A stretch of 64,000 nt of DNA from Malacoraja senta (Eukaryota): the NCBI GenBank assembly GCA_038087875.1, contig CM075985.1:7626001-7690000 (forward strand), written 5' to 3'. Below the pieces are notes generated by a model that did no database searches, was not told the DNA's origin, and worked only from the letters and a program-made list of their open reading frames with translations. The translations under genes and the position numbers were made by a program. This document shows, in pieces, positions 45,857 to 59,700 of this stretch; the stretch's first letter is position 1; the number at the start of each line of letters is the position of its first letter.

Positions 45857-48744
45857 AAGGGTGAGGCAAAGATCCGAATTTGACCTAGAGACTTGCATAT
45901 TCCTTCAAACAAATAGTTTGTGCCAAATCTGCTGAGTTACATCTAGTTTATGTCTGACATGGAATGTATAACATCAACCCTGTTTCAATAAAACAAAGAT
46001 CAGAAAAAGATAAACTTGGTGATACCTGGAATTCAATGTGTTCTGACTACGATGTGAATTTATTTACTGGAGACGGAGGCAAAAATGCAAAGAAGAGTCG
46101 GGTGTCACTCTTTGCCTGGTATTGTTGTCCTGTGATTGTGCGAGAGGCAGCAGAGCGAGTGCACAAAGACTGAGATCATAAGAGCTCACCCCAGCACCCA
46201 ACAACTGTAACTGCACACCCACATCATCGGGAATAGTCATCTCCCCTCTCACTAGTTATCCAAACCCCAATCTCTGCTAACTTCTCCCAAACAAACAAAT
46301 CAGAGTTAACATGTTGTTTATCATGTTCTTCAAAAGTCTCTCTGCACATCATAACCAATGAAAAAGTTTTGAAGTTCCACTCCCCATGGTTGCCACACAA
46401 CCCCAGCCAACACTTGCGTGCAATACTGGTGAAGTGCTACACTGACGGAGTGTCATTATTTGAATGAGATGTTAAACTGAGGTTGTGTTTGTCCTCTTGG
46501 TTTAACATGGGGCTCAAGGAAACTCTTCAGAAAGACGGGGGGGGGGGGGGGGGGGGGGGGATTTCCGCTTGTCCAGTTTATATGTACCCCAATGCAGATT
46601 CCCAATACACTTGACCATTTTTAAATGCTGCAACATTGATTGTATTTGGAAACTAAATCGATGAGTTCAAAGCTCTTTAGAAAGTTACGGCCTAGTGGAG
46701 ATCTTACATTTTCTCTATCAAGATGTACAGTCACTGCTGTTTCAAATGCAAACATGGAAGCTATTTTCACGCAGTAAAGTCCTCCAGAAACACTGAAATA
46801 AATGATCAGCAAATCTGTTTTGCGCTAATGTTTGTGGGATTAGTAGCAGCTTGGAAAATTCCACTGCTTTATCAAGTATTGGCATTTACATTCAGTTAAC
46901 TAGATGGACAGTGTCTGATTTAAAATGACCCATTTGACAATGCAACACTCCTTCAGTGCTCTTACAAATGAGTATAGGATGTGGGACTTCAAACTAGAAT
47001 TGTCTCACATGGAAACAATGATGTCACAAGTGAGCCAGGTTTGACAATGAATATCGTATTCAAAGACAGGACTTCTGAAAATACTGAGTCTTGCACAGCG
47101 CAAGCCTAAGATGCCACAACTGCCAGTGTTTCATCTCCCTCCTCTAGAAGGATCTCCTTAAAATGAATTTCTGTCCAAGTTCTGAGTCACTGCTTCTAAT
47201 ACAATAAATCCTTCTTTGTCATAGTGTGATCAATTGCAAACACTCCAAATGGCAACTCAATGGAGACAAAAGAAATTGCAGTTGCTGGAATCTTGAGCAA
47301 ATCACAAAGTGCTGGAGAAACACAGGTTAGGCAGCATCTGTGGAGAGAATGGACAGGTGACGTTTAAAGTTCCCGACCTGAAACGTTGTCTTGTCCATTC
47401 CGACCACAGATGCTACATAACCCACCGATTTCCTCCAGCACTTTGCTTACCCAATTTAACAATATTCTTTAGAACAGGGTATTGCTATTTACTTATTTAT
47501 AAATCCAGACCCACGGAAGCCTCTTAAATACCTCATCCTAAAAACAATTACCAGTAGCTATGGGCATTTAATGATAGTCTTGGCCTGAAAGGATCAGGAA
47601 TACCTGAGCCGAACCCTGTAATTAGGGTGTCACTGAACCCAGAAGCAGGGGCACCCTAAGTACAGGGCTAAGGTTTCCTGTTTAAAAAAAAACTTTTGTG
47701 TGTTACTTTATTTTAAATTACTTCCTTGAGCCTCTCTTCATGCTTTCCACTGGTATTCAGGCTCCAAGCAATAGTATCGAGCAATGCTCACCACTTTTAG
47801 ATGAGTAGATCACATTTTACATAGAGGAATGCAATGGGTTAGTTAGAGAATCATAGTTACACTACTGGAGCAGGTCCTTCAGCCCAACGTGACCATGCAA
47901 ACCAATATGTATATCTGAGCTTGTCCAATTTGTCTGTGATTGGGCATATCCCTCTGAACCTCTTCTATTTGTGTACCTGTTTTTGTTGTGATTGTATTCT
48001 ACGGCTTCCTTCGGCACCTTGTTCCACATAACTTCCATGCTATGTGTCCTCAGGTCCCTTTTAAATTAATCTCTCACCTTAATTCCATGCCCTCTCATTT
48101 TAAACTCCCCCATGCTGGGAAAACGAATGTGACCATTCAGATCATGGGCCTCGTGATTCTATATCCCTTTCATAATGTCACTCTTCAATATACCATGCTC
48201 CAGCAAGAAAAAGCCCAGACTATCCTGTCTCTCCTTATAACTCAAGCACTCCAGTCCTAATAAAACTTCTCTGTGATTCTACTCTGTTTTTTAGCATAAT
48301 GACATTCTTCCCGTAGCTGGGAGACCAGAACTGTAGATACCACTCCGTGAGGTCTCACCAACAACGTGTCCAATTGTAACATGATATTAAGTATCCAGGA
48401 GATCATAAAAACATTTGGACGCTGCCTTTGGGGAAATAGAGCTTTAGATTTCCTTCCACAACTTATCTTGCATTACATAAACAACTTAAAATAGAATAAC
48501 AATGGCAAACCTGGATTAATCCTGCATCTTTTGCATCCTCCAGGCATCTCAAAATTGCAAACAATGAGCTATTTGACAAAGGTACTCACTGCTTTAATGT
48601 AGGGAAATGTAGTCACTTACCCCTTTCTTAGTGTTTCTGGTCAACTTAGCGAAAGCTGGTCAAACTCTGAGGAGAAATCTACAATTCTTCAGTTTGTTCC
48701 TTTGCTTGCCTAGTTCAGACCATAGCTTCTCTCCCTCTCAGCGT

Positions 48745-49070
48745 TTTAGTTTAGTTTAGTTTAGTTTGGAATAATTTATTTAGTTTAGTTTAGTTTAGTG
48801 ATACAGTGTGGAAACAGGCCCTTCGGCCCACCAGGTATGCGGGAACCAACAATCACCAGTACACCAGTACTATCCTACACACGGGACGTTTTAGATGCCA
48901 ATTAACCCACAAACTTGCACATCTTTGGAATTTTGGAGGAAACCAGAGCACCCTGAGAAAACCCACAGGGAGAACATACAAGCTCAGTACAGACAGCACC
49001 CATAGTCAGGATCGAACCCGGGTCTCTGGTGCTTTAGGGCAGCAACTCTGCTGCTGTGTTACTGTGCTCC
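48745..49070 (-). mobile_element. V-SINE with (TTAGT)n tail
   Basis: V-domain; microsatellite tail at 48745-48800. Confidence 0.8.
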
Positions 49071-49418
49071 AAACTGGCTCAACAGCTATTGGTAGTGAGC
49101 TCTTCAACAGAATAGGAACAGTACAGCACACCTCAGTAAACCTCCAAAACCTCACATCCTGAAAAAATGTGTTCTATTTGCCAATTCTTTTCTATCCTAC
49201 CCGCAACCTCAATCTTTCTCCCAGATTGACGCCTGGCTGCTGAGAAAGCAGATTGCATCAATCCATTGGCATTCCTCCCAACGACAGTGGGTTAGGAATT
49301 TGAGAGGGGTGGATTAAACTAAAACGTGAGTTGGGATATAGAGACTTTTTGATCTGCACCATCTTATGTTAGAATATTAGATATTTATTACTACATATAT
49401 TTTCTTTATTTAATCATT

Positions 49419-49652
49419 TTATTTCCGTCCTTTCTTCTTGGGTCTTCCAGGCCAGAGGAAGCCTCGATAAGCAAGGCAGGTAGGCACGTTGTGAGAGATA
49501 TAGTACAGGTTGAACATAGCTGCAGGACTCAAGATATCCACTTCCACCTGGGATTTGGAAGCTTTCTCCTTCTTCTTCTTCTTCTTGCTGCCGGCGGCCC
49601 TCTTCTTCTTGGCGCCTGCATTCTGTGCCTTGGGCTTGCCTCCCTTGCTGGG
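49419..49652 (-). CDS. SMKR1: Small lysine-rich protein 1, main coding exon (PSKGGK...[41 protein letters not shown])
   Basis: Matches the SMKR1 core [20 protein letters not shown]..CL..RGFxWPG; phase-0 acceptor TTACAG at 49653-49658; AATAAA at 49405-49410. Confidence 0.92.
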   Translation of the reverse strand, partial: PSKGGKPKAQNAGAKKKRAAGSKKKKKKEKASKSQVEVDILSPAAMFNLYYISHNVPTCLAYRGFLWPGRPKKKGRK

Positions 49653-49904
49653 CTGTAACAAAAAGCAGGCAACTTGGTTTATTCCAATAAAATGATCGCT
49701 CATGATGGAAAGTCCCTGATGTCAAACTACCCACCACTACTAGCCCAACACAACCTTCCCCTCTTCCAGCTTCCTCTTCTCTAGTCAGACTTCTGAATTA
49801 TCCTTCTATGAGCAAGATTACAGTCCTGATTCTCCAACCTAACTCACTGTGGACATTGGACTTTTTATATGGAACTAATGCGTTACAATGCCGAGAACTA
49901 TATT

Positions 49905-50290
49905 CATAGTCGTAGAGTCATTGTATGGCCACAGGCCCTTTGGCCCAACTTGACCAACATGTCCCATTTACACTAGCCCCACCTACCTGTGGTTGGCCCA
50001 TATCCCTCTAAAACTGTCCTATCCATGTACCGGTCCAAATGTTCTTTAAATATTATGATAGTACCCGCCTCAATGACCTCCTCCTGCAGCTCATTCCACA
50101 CATCCACCACCCTTTGTGTAAAAAAATTACCCCTCAGGTTCCTATTAAATCTTTCCCTCCTCACCTTAAACCTATGTCTTCTTGTTTTTGATTCTGCTAC
50201 TCTGGGCAAGAGACTCTGTGCGTCTACCTGATCTATTCCTCTCATGATTTTGTACACCTCAATAAGATCACCCCTCATTCTCCTGCGCTC
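49905..50290 (-). mobile_element. CR1 3' fragment
   Basis: RGDLIEVYKIM...FFTQRVV.VWNEL. Confidence 0.85.
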
Positions 50291-50738
50291 TGTATTTTTC
50301 CCTTCGCTCTACCTATTGTATTTGTGTTTGGCTTGTTTGTACTTGATTGGAAAGCATGCAAAATATAGCACTGTACCTTGGTACACGTGACAACAATAAA
50401 CCTAAATCGAAACACAACCTCCTTGGGGCTGATGGAGATCTGTTAACCATCTCAGTCCCAACCATGCCTCACACCCAAGGCACTGCCATAATAAAGTGGC
50501 ATAATTCTCCATAATTCTCTCTGCTTGAGGAGAAGAATATGTGGAAGGTTAAGTTTGTCGGTATGCATCACCCATCTATTACTGGTCAACAAACCAGTGG
50601 ATAGGTATCCAAAATTATTCTTTGCCTTAGTAGAGGCATAGAACTTATTGATATAATGGGCAGGGTATAGATGGAGAAGATTTTCCTTCATTAAAGAATA
50701 AACACCCTTTAAGAAGAAAATTGTATTCAATACTGTAC

Positions 50739-50803
50739 CATTGTAAAACTGTTTGAGTCACAGAGTGAGAATCTTCCTAGTCCTGTTCGAGGACAACCAT
50801 CTC
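50739..50803 (-). CDS. SMKR1: Putative SMKR1 upstream exon ending in the initiator ATG (ATG at 50739-50741)
   Basis: Acceptor TCTCTTTCTAG and donor ATG|GTACAG; splicing gives MPSKGGK..., similar to human MPAKGK... Confidence 0.55.
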
Positions 50804-52019
50804 CTAGAAAGAGACAACAATCAGACATTCATCAGCAGTGCAGCCAATGTCTAGTGAATTCACAACTGTCTTTACAACAACTTCCATATCAGCCAACTTC
50901 CACCGAGTTCAGCCCATATCCTGCTGAACCCCTCATCCTGGTCCATGGCATTTTAAGACCTCCTTATTCCAGCATCTCACCTTCACCTACAAACATGAGC
51001 TCGCACCTTGTTCCAGCACTGAGCTCCCACCACCCCTTATGGATCTATATTGAATACTTACCCAACACCCCCCCCCCAGCCTCATTGTTAAGTCATGTTT
51101 GTACTACCATCCCTTTCACAATGCCCCATCGATCATTTCTGCAACCTCCTCCAGATTACCCCCAGTAAATTCCCCTTCCACTGTCATCCCTCTCTGGAAT
51201 TCCTCCTACGCTCTATCTTGTAGGACGACAACATCCTCGAAGTCAGAAGCAACCATTTCAGTTGAGCGACATTCCCCAGTTTTGAAGGTAGTCAGCGCAC
51301 CCGAACCGGGCCACTCGGCCCAGCGGGTTTATGCTGTTCTGTGCTCCTCAGTAACTCTTCCACCTCACCTCCTCTTCATCTAGCCTCCCACCGAATGTAG
51401 ACACGAGAGAGGGTGCAGTGGAGGGAATGGGCAGACGATGTTTCGGGTCGGGACCCTTCCTCGGACTGACGCTTCCTGACCCGCAGAGCTCCTCCATTAT
51501 TTTCCTCCCTGTTCAATGCATCTCTCCGAAACAATTGCTTCAGCGGCTCTCTCTGTGTGTTCGTGAGTTCCGCCGCCTCGCTCCTCTCCGGACAAAGACC
51601 CGCAATGTCAGCGCTCACCCGCCTCTTCCCATTTCCTGCGACCAAACGTAACGAGCAAAACACAAAGCGCTGGAGGAACTCTGCATCAGTCTGAAGAAGG
51701 GTCCCGACCCATATCCTGCTGGGAACCGTCGCCTATCCGTGATCTCCAGAGATGCTGCCTGACTCGCTGTGTTCCTCCAGCACTTTGTGTCCTTAAAAAA
51801 AAAAATCGTAAACCAGTGTTTGTAGTTCCCTGTAGATAGACACGTAAAGCTGGAGTAACTCAGTGGGACAGGCAGCATCTCTGGAGGGAAGGAACTGGTG
51901 ACGTTTCGGATCGAGACCCTTCTTCAGACCTGTGTCAACTTTACTCCAACATTTCCTGTTTCGCTCAATATTCCAGCATCAACTGTTCTCTCTGTGTCTG
52001 GGCGTGTGTTTAAAGTTTC

Positions 52020-52310
52020 TCCGCGTCGCTCGGTTCCCACCGCCCGGGCTGGACACGGCGAGAGGGGGAAGATGCCCGTGGAGAGGCGGCAAGTGTGAGC
52101 GGGGTGCGGGAGCCCGGGGCAGGCACCGACCCGCCCGCTGGATCCCCGCCCGGACCAGGCGCCGGGATCCGGGGGTCTCTCGTTCAATCTCTCTCCCTCC
52201 CCGTGCAGACACATACCTGGTCCCGCCGCTCGACTCAGTCAGAGGCGGGCAATCCAAACCCCAGCTCAGACGGAAAACAATTGTTTACAACGCGTCTCCA
52301 TAGAAACAAA
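52020..52310 (-). promoter_or_regulatory. CpG-rich putative SMKR1 promoter and non-coding first exon (donor CAG|GTATGT at 52216)
   Basis: CpG-dense; X-box-like GTCTCCATAGAAAC at 52294-52307; Fox motif TGTTTAC at 52282-52288. Confidence 0.5.
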
Positions 52311-53744
52311 AGAAGGCACGGAGTCTCCCGCATAATGTACTGGGGAAAGTATCCCGGGGAAATGTGAGCCCAGAGGAATGGGAGTCAATGCCCCAGCATC
52401 TTGTTCCCCCCAGTGGCGGCACATGGGGGCTAAATACCCCTCCCAAACATTTGGAGACAGCATCTTGACAGATACACTTCGAGTCATCCTATGGCTGTGG
52501 AAAACATTGCTTGCGCCACATTTGGAGTATTGTGTGCAACGCTAGTCGCTGCATCACAGGAAGGATGCGACGCTTTGCCCTGCAGTCTGTTTATTTTCCC
52601 CATTGCACTACATGATGTGCTCCGACTTGACTGGATTGCACGCAAAACAAAAATCGTCACTGAATCTCGGTTATACGTGATAACAACAACCAATGCAAGT
52701 AGTTTGTCGGGATGCTGCCTGGGTTAGAGAGTAGTGAGTAGAGAGGGTTTGGACAAACTTAGATTCTTTTCTTTGGAGCCTCGGCGGCTGAGGAGCGACC
52801 TGATAGAAATTGTTATATTATTGGCTAGAATAGATATTCAGCGTTTAAAAAAAAAACCTGAGCGCAAGTATCAAATACTGAAAGGCATAAATTTATGGTG
52901 AGAGGGCGAAAGTTTAAAGGATACCCTCAAGGCAAGGTTTTATATAGGGAAGGTGGGTGGCTGGAACATGTTGCAGGGGAATGGAGGGGTGGAGCAGATA
53001 TGACAGCAAGAAGCATCGAGGCAGACGTTTCATCAGGCAGATACTGGTGGGCGATTGGTGAAGAGGAGAATTTAACGAGATGGCACCGGGTCAGGGAGAG
53101 AAGGAGGAAGATCAGACACAGAAGATGGAAGGTGTTGTCACATCGGATAAGGGAGAGACGATGGACTAACGTGGAGGAGGGGGTAGGGAAGGTGGGCCAA
53201 GGGAGAAGAAACCCAGCTGGTTTGGTGTGTGGATGATGGGCAGATGGAGTTGAGGAGGGAGGAGGTATTGGTAATTAGGGTGGGAGATGGGGGAATGTAA
53301 AGGGTGAACAAAAGGAGATAAAACATGGATGGACTTTTTTTCAGAGTGGTGAGTCTGTGGAATTCTCTGCCTCAGAGGGCGGTGGAGGCAGGTTCTCTGG
53401 ATGCTTTCAAATGAGAGCTAGATAGGGCTCTTAAAAATAGCGGAGTCAGGGGATATGGGGAGAAGGCAGGAACGGGGTACTGATTGGGGATGATCAGCCA
53501 TGATCACATTGAATGGCGGTGCTGGCTCGAAGGGCCGAATGGCCTACTCCTGCACCTATTGTCTATTGACTTTAGGCAATGGAGAAAAAACAGCGGGGGT
53601 GTGGGTTATCTGAAATTGGAAATTTGTAAATCCATACCATTAGGTTGTAAGCTAACCAAGCAAAATATTGACTTGTTGTTCTAATTTGTGCTGGGTCTTA
53701 CCTTGACTGATGAAGGCAGAGTTGGGTCCGCTACTTTTCACATT

Positions 53745-54680
53745 ATTTGTTATTGTGTGAAATGATGGAATTGATAGTTTTGTGGCTGAGTTTGCGGATG
53801 ATAAGAAGATAGGTGGAGGTGCAGATAGTGTTGAGGAAGCTCGGAGGCTGCAGGGGACCTGGGCAGGTTGGGAGAGCAGGCAAAGTGCCAAATTGAATAC
53901 AACATAGCAAAGTGTACGGTCATGCACTTTGGTGGAAGAAATAAAGGCGTAGACTATTTTCTAAATAGGGAGAGGATCTAGAAATTGGAGGTGCAAAGGT
54001 ACTTGGGAGTGCTGGTGCAGGATTCCCAAAAGGTTACTTTGCAGTTGAGTGGGCGGTAAGAAAGGCTAATGCACTGCTGATATTCATTTCGAGGGAACGA
54101 GAATATAAAAGCAGCAATGTAATACTGAGGCTTTATAAGGCACTAGTGAGGTGACATTTGGAAGATTGTGAGTAGTTTTGGTTCCCATATCTGAGGAGAG
54201 ATGTACTGGCATTGGAGAGGGTCCAGAGGAGGTTTACGAGAATGATCCCAGGAATTAGTGGGTTAACGTATGAGGAGCTTTTGAAGGCTCAGGGCCTATA
54301 CCTACTGGTGTTTAGTAGAATGTGGGGGGATCTCATTGAAAACAAACAGATAATGAAAGGCCTGGATAGAGTGGCATGGAAATTATGCTTTCAGTAATGG
54401 GAGAGTCCAGAACTAGAGGGTACAGCCTCAGAATAAATTTAGAATGGAGATGAAGAGGAATTTCTTTAGCTAGAGGCTGGCAAATCTGTGGAATTTATTC
54501 CCACAGACGGCTGTGAAGGCCAAGTTATTGAAAATGTTTAAAGCGAGGATCAATAGGTTTTTGATTAGTAAAGGCATCAAATGTTATGGGGAGAAGGCAA
54601 GCGAATGGGGTTGAAAGGGAAAACATGAATGAATGGACTTGATGGGTCGAATGGCCTAATTCTGCTCCTATGTTTTATGG
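53745..54680 (+). mobile_element. CR1 RT 3' fragment
   Basis: FADD, MHFG and ERVQRRFTRMIPG motifs. Confidence 0.85.
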
Positions 54681-56040
54681 AGTACAAGTGTTGTGCAAAT
54701 GGCGGCTTCATCCATATTTGGTCTCTCCAATGTACAGGAGCCACATCACGAGCACTGAATGCTGTAGACCAGGTTTGGAGGTGCAGGAGAATGTCTCACC
54801 TAGAAGTACTGTTGAGGTTCCTGGATGGTGGTGAGGGAGGAGCTAAAGGTTTAGGTTTTGTAATCTCCTGAGTGCCAGGGGTTAGGGAAGGATGAGTGAG
54901 TGTGTGGGAAGGGATGTGGACCAGGAAATCACACAAAGAGTGACCCCCGTGGAAAGCAAAAAAGGAGGTGGCTGCAGGAATGGTGTGACTCATGGTGAAA
55001 TCCCCATTGGAGATGCTGAAAGGTGGCATGTTGGATGTAGAAGCTAGTGGGTTGGTTAAAGATGAGGGCCAAGGGAGCTGCATCTCTGTTCCATTTGGGG
55101 TGTAGGGAGTGGTGAGAGCGGACATGTGGGAAATTGAAATAAAGTGTGTGAGGGGTCCATCAACTATGGCAGAGGGGAAGCCACATTTCTGGAAGAAGGA
55201 AGATATTTCAGAGTTCCTGAAGCAGAAAGTCTCATCTTGAGAAAAGATGTGTTAGAGGTGGAGAAACTGGGAGAAAGGGGTGATGCCCTTAGAGAAGAAG
55301 ACAGGTTGGGAGAAGATGCAGTGAGATAGCCATGGGAGTCTGTGGGTTTGCAGTAGGTATCGGTGGCTAGTTTGTTTTCTGGAATGGAGAAAAAGAGATC
55401 CAGAAAATAAAGTGAAAGGTGTCAGAAATAGTCCATGTGAACTTGATGGCAGGATGGAAGTTGGTGGCAAAGGTGATAAAATTGACGAGTGCAAGAATGC
55501 AGTCAACGATGCAATGGAGAAAGATATGGGAAAGGGTGCCAGGGTAAGTTTGGAATTAAGGACTGTTCCAGGAAACCGACAAAAAGATAGGCATAGCTAG
55601 GGCCCATGTTAATGCCCAATGGCCACGCTTTTGATGTGTAGACAGTGGGAGGAATCAACAGAGAAGTTGCTGGGAGTAAGAACAAGTTCTGCCAGACAGA
55701 TGAGTGTTAGTGGAGAGGGACCAGTTGGCTCTTTGTTTCAGAAAGATGCAATGGGTCCTAGGGTCTTCTTGACGGGTATGGCAGTGAACACAGACTGGAT
55801 GTCGAGGATAAAGATGGGCTGCTTCAGACCAGGAAATTGGAAGTTGTCAAAATGGTGGATGGCATGGAAGGTGTCCTGGATGTAGGCGGAAAGCGACAGA
55901 AGGGGAGACAGGATAATATCAATATAGGAAGAGATGTTCAGTGGGGCTAGAGCAGGCAGAATCAATGGGTCTACCAGGGCAGTCCTGTTTGTGGATTTTA
56001 TGTGAGATAAAGGAGAGTACAAGATTGGTGCACCATGAGC
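54680..56040 (-). mobile_element. Decayed Penelope-like RT/GIY-YIG ORF (further pieces at about 52990-53330 and 53570-53720)
   Basis: YIQDTFHAIHHF..FQF...IFILDIQSVFTAIP; MGPSYAYLFVG.LEQ. Confidence 0.8.
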
Positions 56041-56304
56041 TTGGAGGTTAGATGTTTGATAAGCAAGGGACTGAAAGGTTACTGTGGGTGGACAGGATGG
56101 GAATTGAAGTTACAATCAGATTACCTACTATTTAATTTAAATCATTGAGCAGGCATGACGAAATTGGATGTCTACTCCTTTTCCCAATTTGCATGTTTGT
56201 TTGATCGGAAACATTACTTCTGTTTTGCACTCTGCAATGCTGCTTGAGCATTATGTTTTAAAATCAAATAAAGGTATTTAACCCATTCCAGATTTTCTAC
56301 TTAG

Positions 56305-56745
56305 CGTTTGATGGCACTGGACCTGTACTCACGGTAGTTTAGAAGGATCAGTGGGGGGGGGGGGGGAAATCTCATTAAAACCTACTGAACAATAAAAGGC
56401 CTATATAATGCACGTGGAGAGGATGTTTACAATGGTGCGAGAATCTAGGACCAGAGGGCACAGCCTCAGAATAAAGGATGTATCTTTAGAATGGAGATGA
56501 GGAGGAATTTCTTTAGCCAGAGGGCAGTGAATCTGTGGAATTCATTACCAGACAGCTGTGGAGGCTGTCATTGGATACTTTTAAAGCAGAGATTGATAGG
56601 TTCTCGATTAGTATGAATGTCAGAGGTTACGGGGATAAGGCAGGAGACCGGTGTTGAGAGGGAAAAATAGATCAGCCATGACTGAATGGCAGAGTAGGCT
56701 CGATGTGCTGAATGGCCTAATTCTGCCCCCATGTTTTATGAACTT
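56305..56745 (+). mobile_element. CR1 3' fragment
   Basis: Similar to other CR1 3' ends in the window. Confidence 0.8.
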
Positions 56746-59700
56746 AAGTTTCCACCTCATTGACTTTAATATGTTTAATTCATTAAATTTTCCAGCTGAG
56801 CACTCTGAACCATACACTCACCACATTCCAGCAACCAGTCTATCCAGTTTTTGGTTCCAGGACAATTGTCAGGGAGGATCCTGAAGTGGTTTTTCAATCT
56901 GGTTTCTCCAACACCTGTGACATCATGAATAGGAGCAGTGCATTGTGAGCACCATTAGTTGCTCACAATGTCATTGGTGCCACTCACGACATCACAGCAG
57001 AGGGTTTACACAGTGTGAAATACAAGGGGTAACAGTGAACACAAGACTCAGTGAGGCACCGACTACCATTAACAGAGTCCATCAGATTACCACGGGCTTG
57101 AGAAGGTGGACGTAGGAGAGGCATTTCCAAGTAGAGATCTAAACAAGGATCATAAAGAAAGTCAAAAAAATCCAACGGACAGTTCAGGAGGAACTTGCCC
57201 AGAGAGGAGAGAACTTAGAATGCATCAACTCAAGGAAAGGCTGAGATGAACAGATTGAGGCTTTTAAGAGAAATTTGACCTTGAAATGTATGCAATGATT
57301 CAGCTATGAATAGTTTAAACAGTGGTTGTAATAAGGCAAAAACATCTAACTAATTGTTTCCGTTAAGTTGACTGTTGGCATTTGTCAAACATCAACACAC
57401 TCTCTGGTTTCATTAAATTAGACCAGACCTGGGGAAGCAGATATCTAGAATCCAGTAGAGAGAAGCAGAAAAGGAAAAAAAAAAAAATTGGGTGGGGGGG
57501 GGGGGGGAAGGAATTTCCAAACAGCTTCATACAAGTGATATGAAGGAAGACAAATATTTTATATCAATGTAACAACATTTACGAGGCATCTGGACAAGTA
57601 CTTGAATAAACAGGACATAGAGGGTTGTGGAATTAATGCAGGCTAATAGGCTTGGTATAAATAGGAGTGATGGTTGGCATAAACACTGTGGGCCGAAGGG
57701 CCCGTTTTGAAGCTGTAAAACTTTGTGACTGTCGTAGTTAGTTTCTAATTTTGTCACATTTCAGATTGATAGGGGCTGAAACATAAGGGGTATCAGCATT
57801 GTGCTGAGCTTGTGGTTTGACAGAGGAGAACACAAAGAACTCAAAAGACGTGAAATTTTGGTCTTTACCTCAAGGGGCTGGAATACAAAAGGGAAGGAAG
57901 TCCAACTAGGACACAACACTCAGAAAGAACCAGCTGATCTTAGAGTGGATTCATGTGAATGATAATTTAAAAAACTGCAAATGCTGGACATCAGAAAGAA
58001 AATCTTCTAGAATTACTCAGCAAGTCAGGCAGCATCTCTGAAAGGAGAAACAGTTCTGGGATCAGGACCTTTGTTTCGAGGAAGGATCCTGGACCCAAAA
58101 TGTTAATTGTTTCTGCTCCCACAGATGTTGCCTGACCTGCTGTATGTTTTCATTGTTTACTGATTTTGCTTCACACAAATTAGTTGAAGAGTGTTAAATA
58201 ATAACTCACATAACTTGATTCACATTTGCTTATGTATCAGAGATTGAGGGACTGTGGGCATCTAAAATCATAAAAAATGTAATAGTTTAGAAGACGGATA
58301 ATCAAGAATAAAGTACCAAGCTTAAAATTAGAGCTATGCTATTTAGTGTGCAAGAATTGTTCTGAATTGATATAATTGTTACAGGAAAACCATTAGAAAA
58401 TTGACGTGTCTTCCTGCAAATTCCTTTGGAGTTCGCTTTCTGAAACCAACAACAAAGGATTTTGTTAGCTGATAGCGTTAAGGAATAAGCAAGAATGGAA
58501 TGCAGAGTTAAGGCATAGATCAGATATGATCTAAATATAAAGGGGGAACAGAGCCAAGAATCCTCAAATATTCTGCCACTGTAACTGGAGAATTTAAACA
58601 GGTAATGAAATAAAACCTTTGATCTGTCATCTTTGCCCAGTTGCTGAAATATCATACAAGTGTGGAGGTTATTCTTCACTGCCCATGATATGGTCCAATT
58701 AGCTTTTCAGTTCAGGAGCATTTAAAGAGAATCTGTCTCCAACTAATGTGGATTTTAGATAACAGTCAAAAAGTCAGTGCGAAGATTTAAACTCAGCATG
58801 TTGTGACACACACATACATCACGGTTGAGCATGGAGGACTGGAGAGGAGCCAATGTTGTTCCAAAGATACACCCAAAAACTGGAGCAACTCAGTGGGACA
58901 GGTAGCATCTTTGGAGAGATGAAATGGGTGACATTTTGGGTCGAGACCCTTCTAGTCAGTTGTTCCTTTGATGAACGAGGGAAGTAGAGGTAATCCAGGA
59001 AATTATAAGGCAGTGCATGATGACATGGGTCAAACATCAGTGGTAGGGAAGCTATTAGAGAGGATTCTCTGGGATAGGCTTTACTTGCACTTGGAAGAGA
59101 ATGGGATAATTAGGAACAGCTAGCATGGCTTTGGCTGAAGCAGGTTGTGTCTTACTAACATGATTGAGTTTTTTTTGAGTAGGTGATGAAAGTGATTGAG
59201 AGGTATATGGGTGTTTCCGTAAATTAGGGTACCAACCTGTGACATGGGTGGCCAAATTTGAAAGTTATTAAATTATAACAAAATACCACAGCATTAAAAA
59301 TGGGACTACCTATGATCCTTTTGAGTTGATTTGTGATCAAAATCGACCAAAACGTTTAAAAAAAAAATGAGAAGTATAATTTTTAATTAAAAAAAAAATA
59401 AAACACAAATGAGAAAAATATTGAAACCTTTCATTGATTTTGATATTAATTTACAAGAAATTTGCCCAGAAGCCAACATCTGTGTAGACAGGAGCATACT
59501 TTCAACGATACATGGTGTTATTTAGAACCCGATCACTTTCAATAGTGGGGTTTGAGAGTCTTATAGATAGCTACATGGATATGCAGGGAATGGAGGGATA
59601 TGAATTTCAGGCAGAGATTAACTTGGCATCACGTTCAGCACAGACATTCTGGGCCAAAGGGCATGTTCATGTACAGTTCTGTGTTCTATGTACCCAATCC

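Noticed and set aside
46537-46560. Long poly-G run (others at about 2843, 16190, 56352 and 57495)
   Set aside because: Simple homopolymers of unreliable length with no evidence of function.
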